A stretch of 32,000 bases of DNA from Enterobacter bugandensis (GCA_964290475.1 CAXYPO010000002.1:580146-612145); one strand, 5' to 3'; shown: positions 17,467 through 27,376, numbered from the stretch's first letter. The notes: generated by a model from the sequence alone, not told the origin. Numbers and translations are program-made.

Positions 17467-17849
17467 AACGGGTTATCCTGTTTGAAGAGGGTAAGCAGCC
17501 TGAGCTGTCTGGCATTACCTCTACTTTACGCATCGGGCGGTGAGAATAAATGCCCTTTATTTCACTAAATAATTCAAAAAAATTGAAGTAATGGACTACG
17601 CTTTATATAGCGTAGAAAAAATTACTTAAAGAAATAGCTTGCAAGCTTCCAGCAGAGATGCGTTAATGGCCCTTCGGTTTGAAATCCAAAAAAATATCGC
17701 AGCAGTATTTAAAGCATCTCTCATCACGTTGTGCCTCTCCGCAGCCTCTCCTGGGTTTTTTCTTTTACGCTCTGATTACGTTTTGTCTCAGACCACTATT
17801 GCCTTAAAGGCCCAATTGTTAATGGCGTTTTTACGCCCTGGAGATTTAC

Positions 17850-18035
17850 ATGACTAACATTCATTTCCGCTGCCCGTGCTGCCACGGTTCGCAATACCGC
17901 ACTTCTATGTTCGACGTGTCAGAGCGCAACCCGCTCGGTGCCAAATGCATCTTTTGCAAATCACCGATGATGACCTTCGATCATATTGCCGCTTCGCAAC
18001 ACGCCCAGCGCGTACCTTTCGAAGCCCGCAAATAA
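17850..18035 (+). CDS. 61-aa zinc-ribbon small protein (CPCC...C..C), possibly YmcF/YnfQ-like
   Basis: MTNIHFRCPCCHGSQYRTSMFDV...GAKCIFCKSPMM has two CxxC pairs. GGAG lies 7 nt upstream of the ATG and a weak GC hairpin (GGGGCG/CGCCCC) lies downstream. The resemblance to E. coli cold-shock-locus small proteins YmcF/YnfQ is from memory only. Confidence 0.65.
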   Translation: MTNIHFRCPCCHGSQYRTSMFDVSERNPLGAKCIFCKSPMMTFDHIAASQHAQRVPFEARK

Positions 18036-18146
18036 TAACGGGGCGCGCTGTCACGCCCCTGTTCCGCTCCCCGTTCCTATAACAGTTTTATAATTCTTCC
18101 CTTTTTCTCCTGCTGATATACTCTGTGCTATCGCAAGGAGAAAGTG

Positions 18147-19562
18147 ATGAAAAAATACCAGCGCCTGGCGCAGCAAATCATTTCGCAGATTGAACTTGGC
18201 GTCTGGCAACCCGGCGACAAGCTTCCTTCGCTGCGCGAGCAGGTGGTGAGCAGCGGCATGAGTTTTATGACCGTCGGCCACGCCTACCAGATGCTGGAAA
18301 GCCAGGGGCGCATAGTTGCCCGACCTCAGTCTGGCTATTACGTCGCCGCCCGTCCCACTGGCCAGCAGCCCGCACCGCCTGCTCAGGTAATGCGCGATGA
18401 GGCGGTGGACATCAACACCTACATTTTCGACGTGCTACAGGCCAGCCGCGACGCCTCCGTGGTGCCCTTTGCCTCAGCCTTTCCCGACCCGCGCCTGTTC
18501 CCGCTTCAGCAACTCAACCGCTCGCTGGCTAACGTCAGTAAAACCGCCACCGCCATGAGCGTGATTGAAAACCTGCCACCGGGTAACAGCGATCTGCGCC
18601 ACGCCATCGCCCGCCGCTATGCCCAGCAAGGGATGACCATCTCCCCGGACGAAATCGTGATCACCGCCGGGGCGCTGGAGGCGCTCAACCTGAGTCTGCA
18701 GGCGGTCACCGAGCCGGGCGACTGGGTGATTGTCGAAAATCCCTGTTTTTATGGCGCGCTGCAGGCCCTGGAGCGCCTGAAGCTGAAAGCCCTGTCGGTG
18801 GCCACCGACGTACGCGACGGCATCGATCTGCAGGCGCTGGAGCAGGCGCTGGAAGAGTACCCGGTAAAAGCCTGCTGGCTGATGACCAACGGCCAGAACC
18901 CGCTGGGCTTTACCCTCAACCCGGCCAAAAAAGCGCAGCTGGTGGCGCTGCTGGCCCGTTACAACGTCACGCTTATCGAGGATGACGTCTATAGCGAGCT
19001 CTATTACGGCCGGGAAAAACCGCTCCCGGCGAAGGCCTGGGATCGCGGCGACATGACCCTGCACTGCTCCTCCTTTTCAAAATGCCTGGTCGCCGGATTT
19101 CGTATTGGCTGGGTGGCCGCGGGGAAACATGCCCGGCGCATCCAGCAGCTACAGCTGATGAGCACTCTTTCAACCAGCTCCCCCATGCAGCTGGCGCTGG
19201 TGGACTACCTGGCGACCAAACGCTACGACGCCCACCTGCGGCGCCTGCGCCGCACCCTGGCCGAGCGCAAACAGCAGGCCTGGCAGTCGCTGCTGCGCCA
19301 TCTCCCTGCGGAGGTCAAAATCCACCACAGCGACAGCGGCTATTTTCTGTGGCTTGAACTGCCCGCCGGGCTGAATGCGGGTCGGCTCAGCGAGCAGGCG
19401 CTGCGCCACCACATCAGCATTGCCCCCGGCAAGATGTTCTCTACCTCCGACGCCTGGACCCCCTTTTTCCGCTTTAATACCGCCTGGGCCTGGGGCGAGC
19501 GGGAAGAGCAGGCGGTAATGACGCTTGGCACGCTCATTCGTGAAATGATGACCCGGCCGTAG
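18147..19562 (+). CDS. ydcR: MocR/GntR-family regulator with PLP aminotransferase-like domain (YdcR)
   Basis: Track start is GTG at 18144. The ATG at 18147 (MKKYQ...) matches the recalled E. coli YdcR N-terminus and has better spacing from AAGGAG. Extensive identity (DEAVDINTYIFD.LQASRD.SVVPFASAFPDPRLFPLQQLNRSLA.VSKTATAMSVIENLPPGN, CSSFSKCLV.GFRIGWVAAGKHAR). Confidence 0.92.
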   Translation: MKKYQRLAQQIISQIELGVWQPGDKLPSLREQVVSSGMSFMTVGHAYQMLESQGRIVARPQSGYYVAARPTGQQPAPPAQVMRDEAVDINTYIFDVLQASRDASVVPFASAFPDPRLFPLQQLNRSLANVSKTATAMSVIENLPPGNSDLRHAIARRYAQQGMTISPDEIVITAGALEALNLSLQAVTEPGDWVIVENPCFYGALQALERLKLKALSVATDVRDGIDLQALEQALEEYPVKACWLMTNGQNPLGFTLNPAKKAQLVALLARYNVTLIEDDVYSELYYGREKPLPAKAWDRGDMTLHCSSFSKCLVAGFRIGWVAAGKHARRIQQLQLMSTLSTSSPMQLALVDYLATKRYDAHLRRLRRTLAERKQQAWQSLLRHLPAEVKIHHSDSGYFLWLELPAGLNAGRLSEQALRHHISIAPGKMFSTSDAWTPFFRFNTAWAWGEREEQAVMTLGTLIREMMTRP

Positions 19563-19839
19563 CCCGCTCTTTTCCTGCGTTTTACTCCTGCTGACAATAA
19601 CGATCCCTTATCGCTTTCCCGGCCTTTGGGAAGCGGCGTCATAGGAAATCTGCATAGCGCCGTTGCGTGCTAACCCCTTGTCTATAATCCAGTTAACGGG
19701 GAATGCGTCCTCTGTCACAACCTGATGAAATTTATACGGCGTGCCGGGTGCGCCGCAGGGGCGCGGTCTACGTTTAGTACAGGAGATATTTTTAACGGCA
19801 TGGCCGCCGCCGAATCTCATTGCGACAGGAGTAAAACGT

Positions 19840-20985
19840 ATGAGCAAGTATTTTGCCCGTAGCAGCCTGTGTGCGCTCGGCATGACGATATTGACGGCCC
19901 AGGCAGCAGAGCCGCCCACCGCCATCGGCGAGGGAGAAGGACAGCTGGATATTATTGCCTGGCCTGGCTATATCGAGCGCGGCCAGACCGATAAAGCCTA
20001 TGACTGGGTCACCGCCTTCGAGCAAGAGAGCGGCTGTAAAGTTAACGTCAAAACTGCCGCCACCTCCGACGAAATGGTCAGCCTGATGGCAAAAGGGGGG
20101 TATGACCTGGTCACCGCCTCCGGCGACGCCTCCCTGCGGTTGATCATGGGCAAACGCGTCCAGGCCATTAACCCGGATCTAATCCCAAACTGGAAAACCA
20201 TCGACCCGCGCATCGTCAAAGGGGCGTGGTTTAATGTCGGCGGCAAGGTCTACGGCACCCCCTACCAGTGGGGGCCCAACCTGCTGATGTATAACACCAA
20301 AACCTTCCCGACGCCGCCGGACAGCTGGAGCGTGATCTTTAAAGAGCAGAACCTGCCGGACGGGAAATCGAATAAAGGCCGGGTGCAGGCCTACGACGGG
20401 CCAATCTACATCGCCGATGCGGCGCTGTTTGTCAAAGCCACCCAGCCGGAGCTGGGCATTACCGACCCCTATCAGCTCACCGAAGCGCAGTACGGCGCGG
20501 TGCTGAAGGTGCTGCGCGATCAGCATGCCCTGGTTCACCGCTACTGGCATGACACCACCGTGCAGATGAGCGATTTCAAAAACGAAGGGGTGGTGGCCTC
20601 CAGCGCCTGGCCGTACCAGGCCAACGCCCTGAAGGGCGAGAACCAGCCCATCGCCACCGTCTTCCCGAAAGAGGGGGTGACCGGCTGGGCGGACACTACC
20701 ATGCTCCATACGGATGCCAAACACCCCATGTGCGCCTACAAGTGGATGAACTGGTCGCTGACGCCCAAAGTGCAGGGCGATCTGGCAGCCTGGTTCGGCT
20801 CGCTGCCGGTGGTGGCAGAAGGCTGTAAAGCCAGTACGCTACTGGGGGAGAAAGGCTGCGAAACCAACGGCTACAACGCCTTCGACAAAATCCTGTTCTG
20901 GAAAACCCCCATCGCTGAAGGGGGCAAGTTCGTTCCCTACAGCCGCTGGACGCAGGATTACATCGCCATTATGGGTGGTCGTTAA
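19840..20985 (+). CDS. ydcS: periplasmic binding protein of the YdcSTUV ABC transporter
   Basis: Track ORF starts at 19741. The ATG at 19840 (MSKYFARSSLCALGMTILTAQA, CAGGAG upstream) matches the recalled E. coli YdcS start. High identity throughout (LDIIAWPGYIERGQTDK.YDWVT.FE.E.GC.VNVKTAATSDEMVSLM.KGGYDLVTASGDASLRLIMGKRVQ). Confidence 0.92.
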   Translation: MSKYFARSSLCALGMTILTAQAAEPPTAIGEGEGQLDIIAWPGYIERGQTDKAYDWVTAFEQESGCKVNVKTAATSDEMVSLMAKGGYDLVTASGDASLRLIMGKRVQAINPDLIPNWKTIDPRIVKGAWFNVGGKVYGTPYQWGPNLLMYNTKTFPTPPDSWSVIFKEQNLPDGKSNKGRVQAYDGPIYIADAALFVKATQPELGITDPYQLTEAQYGAVLKVLRDQHALVHRYWHDTTVQMSDFKNEGVVASSAWPYQANALKGENQPIATVFPKEGVTGWADTTMLHTDAKHPMCAYKWMNWSLTPKVQGDLAAWFGSLPVVAEGCKASTLLGEKGCETNGYNAFDKILFWKTPIAEGGKFVPYSRWTQDYIAIMGGR

Positions 20986-21002
20986 TCGCCCGGGAGCATC
21001 CC

Positions 21003-22016
21003 ATGACGTACGCAGTAGAGTTTAACGACGTCTCACGCCGGTACGGGGAGGTGCGGGCGGTGGATGGCGTCACTATCGCCATCCGCGACGGGGAGTTTTT
21101 CTCGATGCTGGGGCCGTCTGGCTCCGGCAAAACCACCTGCCTGCGCCTGATCGCCGGTTTTGAACAGCTGAGCGGCGGCTCTATCACCATTTTTGGCAAA
21201 GCGGCCAGCGAGCTTCCACCCTGGGAGCGCGATGTGAATACCGTCTTTCAGGACTACGCGCTCTTTCCCCATATGTCGATCCTCGATAACGTCGCCTACG
21301 GCCTGATGGTGAAGGGGATCGATAAAAAAAACCGCCATGCCCGCGCCCGTGATGCGCTGGACAAGGTGGGCTTAAGCTTCGCCGAAGGGCGCAAACCCTC
21401 GCAGCTCTCGGGCGGCCAGCGCCAGCGGGTGGCTATCGCCCGGGCGCTAGTGAATCAGCCCAGGGTGCTATTGCTGGACGAACCGCTGGGGGCGCTGGAT
21501 CTCAAGCTGCGCGAACAGATGCAGTTCGAGCTAAAAAAGCTCCAGCAGGAGCTGGGGATCACCTTTATCTTTGTCACCCACGATCAGGGGGAGGCGCTCT
21601 CCATGTCCGATCGGGTGGCGGTATTTAACAACGGTCGCATTGAGCAGGTAGACACCCCGCGCGAGCTCTATATGCGCCCGCGCACCCCGTTCGTAGCGAG
21701 TTTTGTCGGTACCTCTAACGTCTTTAGCGATGCGCTGGCCCAGCGCCTCTGCGGCATGGCGGGCAGTTACTCGCTGCGCCCGGAGCATATCCGCCTCAAC
21801 CAGGGCGGCGAGATCGAGGTTCAGGGCGTGGTGCAGACCGTGCAGTATCAGGGGGCCGCCACGCGCTTCGAACTGCGGCTGGCGGACGGCGCAAAGCTGC
21901 TGGTAAGCCAGGCGAACCTCAGCGATGCCGCGCTGCCGCCGGGCGTGGCGCCGGGCCAGCTGGTCACCGCCTCCTGGGCGCGGGGCGCGATGGTGCCGCT
22001 CCAGGAGGAGAGGTGA
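21003..22016 (+). CDS. ydcT: ABC transporter ATP-binding protein YdcT
   Basis: 337 aa. Walker A GPSGSGKTT, signature LSGGQRQRVAIARAL, Walker B LLLDEPLGALD. PotA-like C-terminal regulatory domain. Confidence 0.93.
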   Translation: MTYAVEFNDVSRRYGEVRAVDGVTIAIRDGEFFSMLGPSGSGKTTCLRLIAGFEQLSGGSITIFGKAASELPPWERDVNTVFQDYALFPHMSILDNVAYGLMVKGIDKKNRHARARDALDKVGLSFAEGRKPSQLSGGQRQRVAIARALVNQPRVLLLDEPLGALDLKLREQMQFELKKLQQELGITFIFVTHDQGEALSMSDRVAVFNNGRIEQVDTPRELYMRPRTPFVASFVGTSNVFSDALAQRLCGMAGSYSLRPEHIRLNQGGEIEVQGVVQTVQYQGAATRFELRLADGAKLLVSQANLSDAALPPGVAPGQLVTASWARGAMVPLQEER

Positions 22017-22017
22017 G

Positions 22018-22962
22018 ATGGAGATGAGCCTGACAAGATCCACATCATCACGCGGTGTTAGCAGCCGTCTCTCCGCGCTCTTCTGGCGCAGGCCGACGCT
22101 GGGGCTGTTGCTACTGCTTATCGGCCCGCTGATGTGGTTTGGCATCGTCTATCTGGGATCGCTGCTTACCCTGTTGTGGCAGGGATTCTACACCTTTGAC
22201 GATTTCACCATGGCGGTGACGCCGGACCTGACCCTCGCCAACCTGCAGGCGCTTTTTCACCCGGCCAACTACGACATCATCCTGCGCACCCTGGTGATGG
22301 CGATTGCAGTGACGCTGGCCAGCGCGGTGCTGGCCTTCCCCATGGCCTGGTACATGGCCCGCTATACCAGCGGCAAATGGAAAGCCTTCTTTTATATCGC
22401 CGTGATGCTGCCCATGTGGGCCAGCTATATCGTTAAGGCCTACGCCTGGACGCTGCTGCTGGCAAAGGACGGCGTCGCGCAATGGTTCCTTAACCATATG
22501 GGGCTGGAGCCGCTGCTTACCTCGCTGCTGACCCTGCCTGCCGTGGGCGGCAATACGCTCTCCACCTCCGGGCTGGGGCGCTTTCTGGTGTTCGTCTATA
22601 TCTGGCTGCCCTTTATGATCCTGCCGGTGCAGGCGGCGCTGGAGCGCCTGCCGCCGTCGCTACTGCAGGCTTCGGCGGATCTCGGTGCCCGTCCGCGCCA
22701 GACCTTCCGCTACGTGGTGCTGCCGCTGGCGATCCCCGGTATCGCCGCCGGGTCAATCTTCACCTTTTCTTTAACCCTCGGCGATTTTATCGTGCCGCAG
22801 CTGGTGGGGCCGCCGGGCTACTTTATCGGCCAGATGGTCTACTCCCAGCAGGGGGCGATTGGCAATATGCCGATGGCGGCGGCCTTTACCCTGGTGCCCA
22901 TCGTACTGATCTCGCTCTGGCTGGCGTTAGTTAAACGCCTGGGAGCCTTCGATGCACTCTGA
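22018..22962 (+). CDS. ydcU: ABC transporter permease YdcU
   Basis: Track ORF starts at 21925, inside ydcT. I start at the ATG at 22018, 1 nt after the ydcT stop and preceded by GGAGGAGAGG. Polytopic, with an EAA-loop-like [18 protein letters not shown]. Confidence 0.88.
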   Translation: MEMSLTRSTSSRGVSSRLSALFWRRPTLGLLLLLIGPLMWFGIVYLGSLLTLLWQGFYTFDDFTMAVTPDLTLANLQALFHPANYDIILRTLVMAIAVTLASAVLAFPMAWYMARYTSGKWKAFFYIAVMLPMWASYIVKAYAWTLLLAKDGVAQWFLNHMGLEPLLTSLLTLPAVGGNTLSTSGLGRFLVFVYIWLPFMILPVQAALERLPPSLLQASADLGARPRQTFRYVVLPLAIPGIAAGSIFTFSLTLGDFIVPQLVGPPGYFIGQMVYSQQGAIGNMPMAAAFTLVPIVLISLWLALVKRLGAFDAL

Positions 22963-23758
22963 ACGCGCGCCGCTGTTCCTGAAAATTGCCACCTGGGGCG
23001 GGGTGATCTTTCTCCACTTCCCGCTGCTGATTATCGCCATCTATGCCTTTAATACCGAGGAGGCGGCCTTTAGCTTCCCGCCTCAGGGGCTAACCCTGAA
23101 GTGGTTCAGCGTGGCGGCAGCGCGGGGGGATATTCTTGATGCCGTGACGTTGTCACTGAAGATTGCCGCGCTCTCTACGGCCATCGCGCTGGTGCTGGGC
23201 ACTTTGGCCGCAGCGGCGCTCTGGCGCAGCGAATTCTTTGGCAAAAACGCCATATCGCTGCTGCTGTTATTGCCTATCGCCCTGCCGGGGATCATTACCG
23301 GTCTGGCTCTGCTTACCGCCTTTAAAACCGTCAATCTTGAGCCGGGCTTCTTCACCATTGTGGTCGGGCACGCCACCTTCTGCGTGGTGGTGGTCTTTAA
23401 CAACGTCATTGCCCGCTTCCGGCGCACCTCCTGGAGTCAGGTGGAGGCGTCGATGGATTTAGGCGCCAACGGCTGGCAAACCTTCCGCTACGTGGTGCTG
23501 CCCAATCTGGGGTCGGCGCTGCTGGCGGGCGGTATGCTCGCTTTTGCGCTGTCGTTTGATGAGATTATCGTCACCACTTTTACCGCAGGGCACGAACGCA
23601 CCTTACCCCTGTGGCTGCTCAACCAGCTTGGCAGGCCGCGCGACGTGCCGGTTACCAACGTGGTGGCGCTGCTGGTGATGCTAGTGACAACTCTTCCTAT
23701 TCTGGGAGCCTGGTGGCTCACCCGCGACGGCGATACTGTTGCCGGCGACGGGAAATAA
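22952..23758 (+). CDS. ydcV: ABC transporter permease YdcV
   Basis: 268 aa, nearly identical over most of its length to recalled E. coli YdcV ([71 protein letters not shown]). Overlaps ydcU by 11 nt. Confidence 0.92.
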   Translation: MHSERAPLFLKIATWGGVIFLHFPLLIIAIYAFNTEEAAFSFPPQGLTLKWFSVAAARGDILDAVTLSLKIAALSTAIALVLGTLAAAALWRSEFFGKNAISLLLLLPIALPGIITGLALLTAFKTVNLEPGFFTIVVGHATFCVVVVFNNVIARFRRTSWSQVEASMDLGANGWQTFRYVVLPNLGSALLAGGMLAFALSFDEIIVTTFTAGHERTLPLWLLNQLGRPRDVPVTNVVALLVMLVTTLPILGAWWLTRDGDTVAGDGK

Positions 23759-23782
23759 CCTCGATTTCAACAGGACAATGCT

Positions 23783-25207
23783 ATGCAAACTCAACTGCTG
23801 ATAAATGGTGAACTGGTCTCGGGCGAAGGCGAGAAACAGGCGGTCTACAATCCTGCCACCGGTGAGGTGCTGGTGGAGATCGCCGAAGCAAGCGCCGCCC
23901 AGGTGGATGCCGCTGTTCAGGCCGCGGACCGGGCGTTTCGCGAATGGGGCCAGACCACGCCGAAAGTCCGTGCCGAGGCGGTGTTAAAACTGGCGGACAT
24001 CATTGAACATAACGCCGACGTTTTTGCCCGGCTGGAGTCGCAGAACTGCGGTAAACCGCTACACAGCGTGGCGGGGGATGAGATCCCGGCGGTGGCCGAC
24101 GTGTTTCGCTTCTTTGCCGGGGCCGCCCGCTGCCTGAACGGGCTGGCGGCGGGGGAGTATCTTGAAGGCCACACCTCGATGATCCGCCGTGACCCGATCG
24201 GGGTAGTGGCCTCCATCGCCCCCTGGAACTATCCCCTGATGATGGCCGCCTGGAAGCTCGGCCCGGCGCTTGCCGCGGGCAATTGCGTGGTGCTTAAACC
24301 TTCAGAAATTACGCCGCTGACAGCCCTGAAGCTGGCGGAGCTGGCAAAAGATATCTTCCCGGCCGGGGTGCTGAACGTCCTTTTCGGGCGCGGCAAAACC
24401 GTGGGCGACCCGCTTACCGGGCATGACAAGGTGCGGATGGTCTCCCTGACCGGATCTATTGCCACCGGCGAGCACATCATCGGCCATACCGCCTCCTCTA
24501 TTAAGCGCACCCATATGGAGCTCGGCGGCAAAGCGCCGGTGATTGTCTTTGATGATGCCGACCTGGACGCCGTCGTGGAGGGGGTACGCACCTTCGGTTT
24601 TTATAACGCCGGCCAGGACTGCACCGCCGCCTGCCGCATCTATGCCCAGCAGGGGATCTACGCCGCGCTGGTCGAAAAACTGGGCGCGGCCGTTGCCAGT
24701 ATCAAGCTCGGCCCACCGGAAGATGAAACTACCGAGCTGGGGCCGCTAAGCTCGCAGGCGCATCTGGAGCGGGTGGCGAAAGCCGTGGATGAAGCCAAGG
24801 CGCAGGCGCATATTCAGGTGGTGGCCGGGGGCAGCAGGCACGAGGGTAAGGGCTTCTACTTCCAGCCCACGCTGCTGGCCGGGGCGAAACAGGAAGACGC
24901 CATCGTCCAGCGGGAGGTCTTTGGCCCGGTGGTGAGCGTTACCAGCTTTAACGACGAGGCGCAGGTAGTGGAGTGGGCCAACGACTCGCCCTACGGGCTG
25001 GCGTCTTCCGTCTGGACGCAGGATGTCGGGCGGGCGCACCGCGTCAGCGCCCGGCTGCAGTATGGCTGCACCTGGGTCAATACCCACTTTATGCTGGTCA
25101 GCGAAATGCCCCACGGCGGGATGAAAATGTCCGGCTACGGCAAGGATATGTCGGTGTACGGTCTAGAGGATTATACGGTCGTCAGACATGTGATGATAAA
25201 ACATTAA
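23783..25207 (+). CDS. patD: gamma-aminobutyraldehyde dehydrogenase PatD (YdcW)
   Basis: 474 aa, the same length as E. coli PatD and highly similar ([45 protein letters not shown], catalytic-Cys context [16 protein letters not shown]). Confidence 0.95.
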   Translation: MQTQLLINGELVSGEGEKQAVYNPATGEVLVEIAEASAAQVDAAVQAADRAFREWGQTTPKVRAEAVLKLADIIEHNADVFARLESQNCGKPLHSVAGDEIPAVADVFRFFAGAARCLNGLAAGEYLEGHTSMIRRDPIGVVASIAPWNYPLMMAAWKLGPALAAGNCVVLKPSEITPLTALKLAELAKDIFPAGVLNVLFGRGKTVGDPLTGHDKVRMVSLTGSIATGEHIIGHTASSIKRTHMELGGKAPVIVFDDADLDAVVEGVRTFGFYNAGQDCTAACRIYAQQGIYAALVEKLGAAVASIKLGPPEDETTELGPLSSQAHLERVAKAVDEAKAQAHIQVVAGGSRHEGKGFYFQPTLLAGAKQEDAIVQREVFGPVVSVTSFNDEAQVVEWANDSPYGLASSVWTQDVGRAHRVSARLQYGCTWVNTHFMLVSEMPHGGMKMSGYGKDMSVYGLEDYTVVRHVMIKH

Positions 25208-25213
25208 TCCCGC

Positions 25214-25238
25214 AGCCGCCGGTAACCCCCCGGCGGCT
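25214..25238 (+). terminator. stem-loop after patD (possible operon terminator, no U-tract)
   Basis: AGCCGCCGG (25214-25222) / CCGGCGGCT (25230-25238) form a 9-bp stem with a 7-nt loop, 7 nt after the patD stop. AAATTC follows, so it is not a canonical intrinsic terminator. Confidence 0.4.
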
Positions 25239-25302
25239 AAATTCATAAAGAATATTTAATATATTCTCAAAATATATCTTTTATTATTTACAAAACGACC
25301 CC

Positions 25303-25329
25303 TAAATTAAACTCCCGCCAGGTCGATAT
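25303..25329 (+). promoter_or_regulatory. sigma-28 (FliA)-type class-3 flagellar promoter
   Basis: TAAATTAA (25303-25310) - 11 nt - GTCGATAT (25322-25329), against the consensus TAAAGTTT-N11-GCCGATAA. It has exact spacing, the TAAA and CGAT cores, and 5/8 + 6/8 matches. It lies ~33 nt upstream of the flagellin ATG. Confidence 0.6.
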
Positions 25330-25361
25330 AACGGTAACCTCTCACTTTGCGGCGCACTATT

Positions 25362-26807
25362 ATGCTTGCCATTAATAATAACGAGATTGCCGGGCTTTCG
25401 CTTAAATACCGGAAAAGCAACGAATCCATGCTTTCACAGGCCGTGGAACGCCTCTCGTCCGGCCTGCGGATCAACGGCGCCAAAGACGATGCCGCCGGGC
25501 AGGCGATCGTCAACCGTATGCAGTCAAATCTCAACGCAGACAGCGTGATTTCTCGCGGCATGGACGATGCTATAAGCCTGGCGCAGACCGCAGAAAGCGC
25601 GCTCGGTGAAATTGGCGACATGCTTATTCGTGCAAAAAGTCTGGCGGTTCAGGCGGCAACGGGAACGCTCTCAGAAAGCGACCGTATCAGTATTAATAAT
25701 GAGTATCAGCAAATACTGGCCGGTATTACGCAAATAACTGAGGGAACGGAAATATTTGGGCAATATCCCCTCGCGACGGATAACCCGGTATTGCCGCCGC
25801 AGCTGCTTGGCGATGTGGGGCCTTTAAATACTAAATTCCCGATAATGGGTAATACCTACTCCTTTACTTCGGGGATTGTTCCGCTGGCCTATATTCCCGC
25901 CGGTTCGACAAATCTGACTATCAGGATCAACTCCCTGGGCCTGGATGACGATCTTCAGCTCTTTACCCGGGATGGTAAACACCTGGTGGGAACACCGCTG
26001 GAAGGCGCAGACGCGGATTTCACCTGGGTGAGCCACGGGATCACCGACGGCACGCTCGCCACCGGTGCCCTTATGAACTCTGCCAACGGCTTTGCCAGCG
26101 GCGCCACCTACGATGACTTCCTGCTGCTGGAAGGGGGGCCGGTCTGGGATAACACCGGCCCGACGCTGGCCTATAACGGCATGAATATCACCTATAGCGG
26201 CGATGGCGACCGCTACGAAGACAGCACTAACGGCGGCTATAACGACGGCACCAACGGCCCGATTATGAGCGAGCGCATTACGCTGGACCAGGTGACCGAA
26301 GATCTGCTGGTGATGGTAGTGGGCAATGGCTCGTTCACCAGCGCAGTGACCTGGGGAAATCTGCCTGCGCCGACGGCGACGCCCGCCGTACCGCCTAAGC
26401 AGAGCCATCCGGTGGAGCTGGTGACCAGCGCCAACTTTGGCGAAGAGATGCAGACCATGACCATCGCGCCGACGCCTGCGGATCTCAAAACCCTTAAGCT
26501 GGAAAACACCAGTATGTCGACCCAAAGCGGGGCCAGTCAGTGTATGGGGGCATTAGATGCGGCGCTGGAAAAGGTGAGTGGCTATCGCAGCCAGTACGGG
26601 GCGACGATTAATAGCGTCGAGTCGCACAAGGCGGTGCTGTCACAGCAGAACATTGCCCTGCAGGCCAGCCGCAGCCGCATTCAGGACGCGGACTATGCCG
26701 CTGAAGCCAGCCGCCTGGCCCGGGCGCAAATTCTGGAGCAGGGGCAGTCTGCGGCGCTGAAAATTGCCAATCAGGCGCCGCAGAGGGTGCTGGATCTGCT
26801 GAAATAA
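25362..26807 (+). CDS. flagellin (FliC-family termini with a divergent central domain)
   Basis: Track start is TTG at 25347. The ATG at 25362 gives MLAINNN..., which aligns position-for-position with MAQVINTN... of FliC. N-terminal ERLSSGLRINGAKDDAAGQAI and C-terminal RSRIQDADYAAEASRLARAQILEQGQSAALKIANQAPQRVLDLLK are canonical D0/D1 helices. Roughly residues 140-395 are non-helical, Gly/Asp/Thr-rich and unrecognised by me. No obvious Shine-Dalgarno. Confidence 0.9.
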   Translation: MLAINNNEIAGLSLKYRKSNESMLSQAVERLSSGLRINGAKDDAAGQAIVNRMQSNLNADSVISRGMDDAISLAQTAESALGEIGDMLIRAKSLAVQAATGTLSESDRISINNEYQQILAGITQITEGTEIFGQYPLATDNPVLPPQLLGDVGPLNTKFPIMGNTYSFTSGIVPLAYIPAGSTNLTIRINSLGLDDDLQLFTRDGKHLVGTPLEGADADFTWVSHGITDGTLATGALMNSANGFASGATYDDFLLLEGGPVWDNTGPTLAYNGMNITYSGDGDRYEDSTNGGYNDGTNGPIMSERITLDQVTEDLLVMVVGNGSFTSAVTWGNLPAPTATPAVPPKQSHPVELVTSANFGEEMQTMTIAPTPADLKTLKLENTSMSTQSGASQCMGALDAALEKVSGYRSQYGATINSVESHKAVLSQQNIALQASRSRIQDADYAAEASRLARAQILEQGQSAALKIANQAPQRVLDLLK

Positions 26808-26809
26808 AG

Positions 26810-26992
26810 TTACCAGCCGCAGACGCTATGCTCGTTTTCAGTGTCATAAGCGCGCACGGTGTTCACCAGATCTTTCACCACGTCGGCGGCGACGTCGGGC
26901 AGCAGCAGCTCCATTGGGGTTTCGGTTTCATAATCCACCGATACCCCGTTGCTGTTATTGGTCACGGTGACCGTATAAGTTGCCTTGCCCAT
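26810..26992 (-). CDS. yoaG: YoaG (DUF1869) small protein
   Basis: Track ORF runs to 27064. The ATG at 26992 gives the 60-aa MGKATYTVTVTNNSNGVSVDYETETPM.LL.P.VAA.V.KDLVNTVR.YDTENEH.VCGW, essentially recalled E. coli YoaG. TAAGGAGT lies 6 nt upstream, inside the 3' end of yeaR. Confidence 0.88.
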   Translation of the reverse strand: MGKATYTVTVTNNSNGVSVDYETETPMELLLPDVAADVVKDLVNTVRAYDTENEHSVCGW

Positions 26993-26996
26993 CGTC

Positions 26997-27350
26997 TTAC
27001 TCCTTATGGGTATTAACGACTTTCCCCAGGCCTGCGCCTTCAAGCGTTGCGTCGGGAGCGGCAAAAAAGTCGATATTAAAATAGGTATCTTCCGTCAGCA
27101 GTTCGATGCGATGCCATTTTTGCGGCGGGGAGATACCAAAGCTGCCGGCTTCGATTACCAGCTCCAGATCCGGCTCTGTGGCATCACCATCGGCAAAGCC
27201 AAAATAGCGCACCGCGCCCTGCATCACCGACAGGCGGCCATAGACGTTGGCTTTGGTGTTGTGATGGGTGAAGAGCGCTTTTGGTGCGGTTTCACGGTTC
27301 CAGAAGGGGGTAGAGCGGGTATGAACATAATTTTCAGGAATACGTAGCAT
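26997..27350 (-). CDS. yeaR: DUF1971 protein YeaR (copy adjacent to yoaG)
   Basis: 117 aa. Shares with recalled E. coli YeaR the motifs ML.IP.NY.HTRSTPFWN..TAP, RLSVM.GAV.Y.G.AD, PP.KWH.IE..TDDTYFNIDFF.AP and the C-terminal extension. yeaR-yoaG order as in E. coli. Confidence 0.85.
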   Translation of the reverse strand: MLRIPENYVHTRSTPFWNRETAPKALFTHHNTKANVYGRLSVMQGAVRYFGFADGDATEPDLELVIEAGSFGISPPQKWHRIELLTEDTYFNIDFFAAPDATLEGAGLGKVVNTHKE

Positions 27351-27376
27351 GGTCGGTTCCTTATAGCGCAGTGCGC

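Noticed and set aside
17639-17857. 72-aa plus-strand ORF upstream of the zinc-ribbon gene
   Set aside because: It has a TTG start and no SD, lies in AT-rich DNA, has an unconvincing sequence and overlaps the start of the better-supported 61-aa gene. It is more likely leader or promoter DNA.
19800-19862. 20-codon uORF (MAAAESHCDRSKTYEQVFCP) overlapping the ydcS start in the 277-bp ydcR-ydcS spacer
   Set aside because: The nearest SD-like GGAG is 14 nt from its ATG, which is too far. That GGAG may be incidental, and ydcS has its own CAGGAG. There is no attenuator structure.
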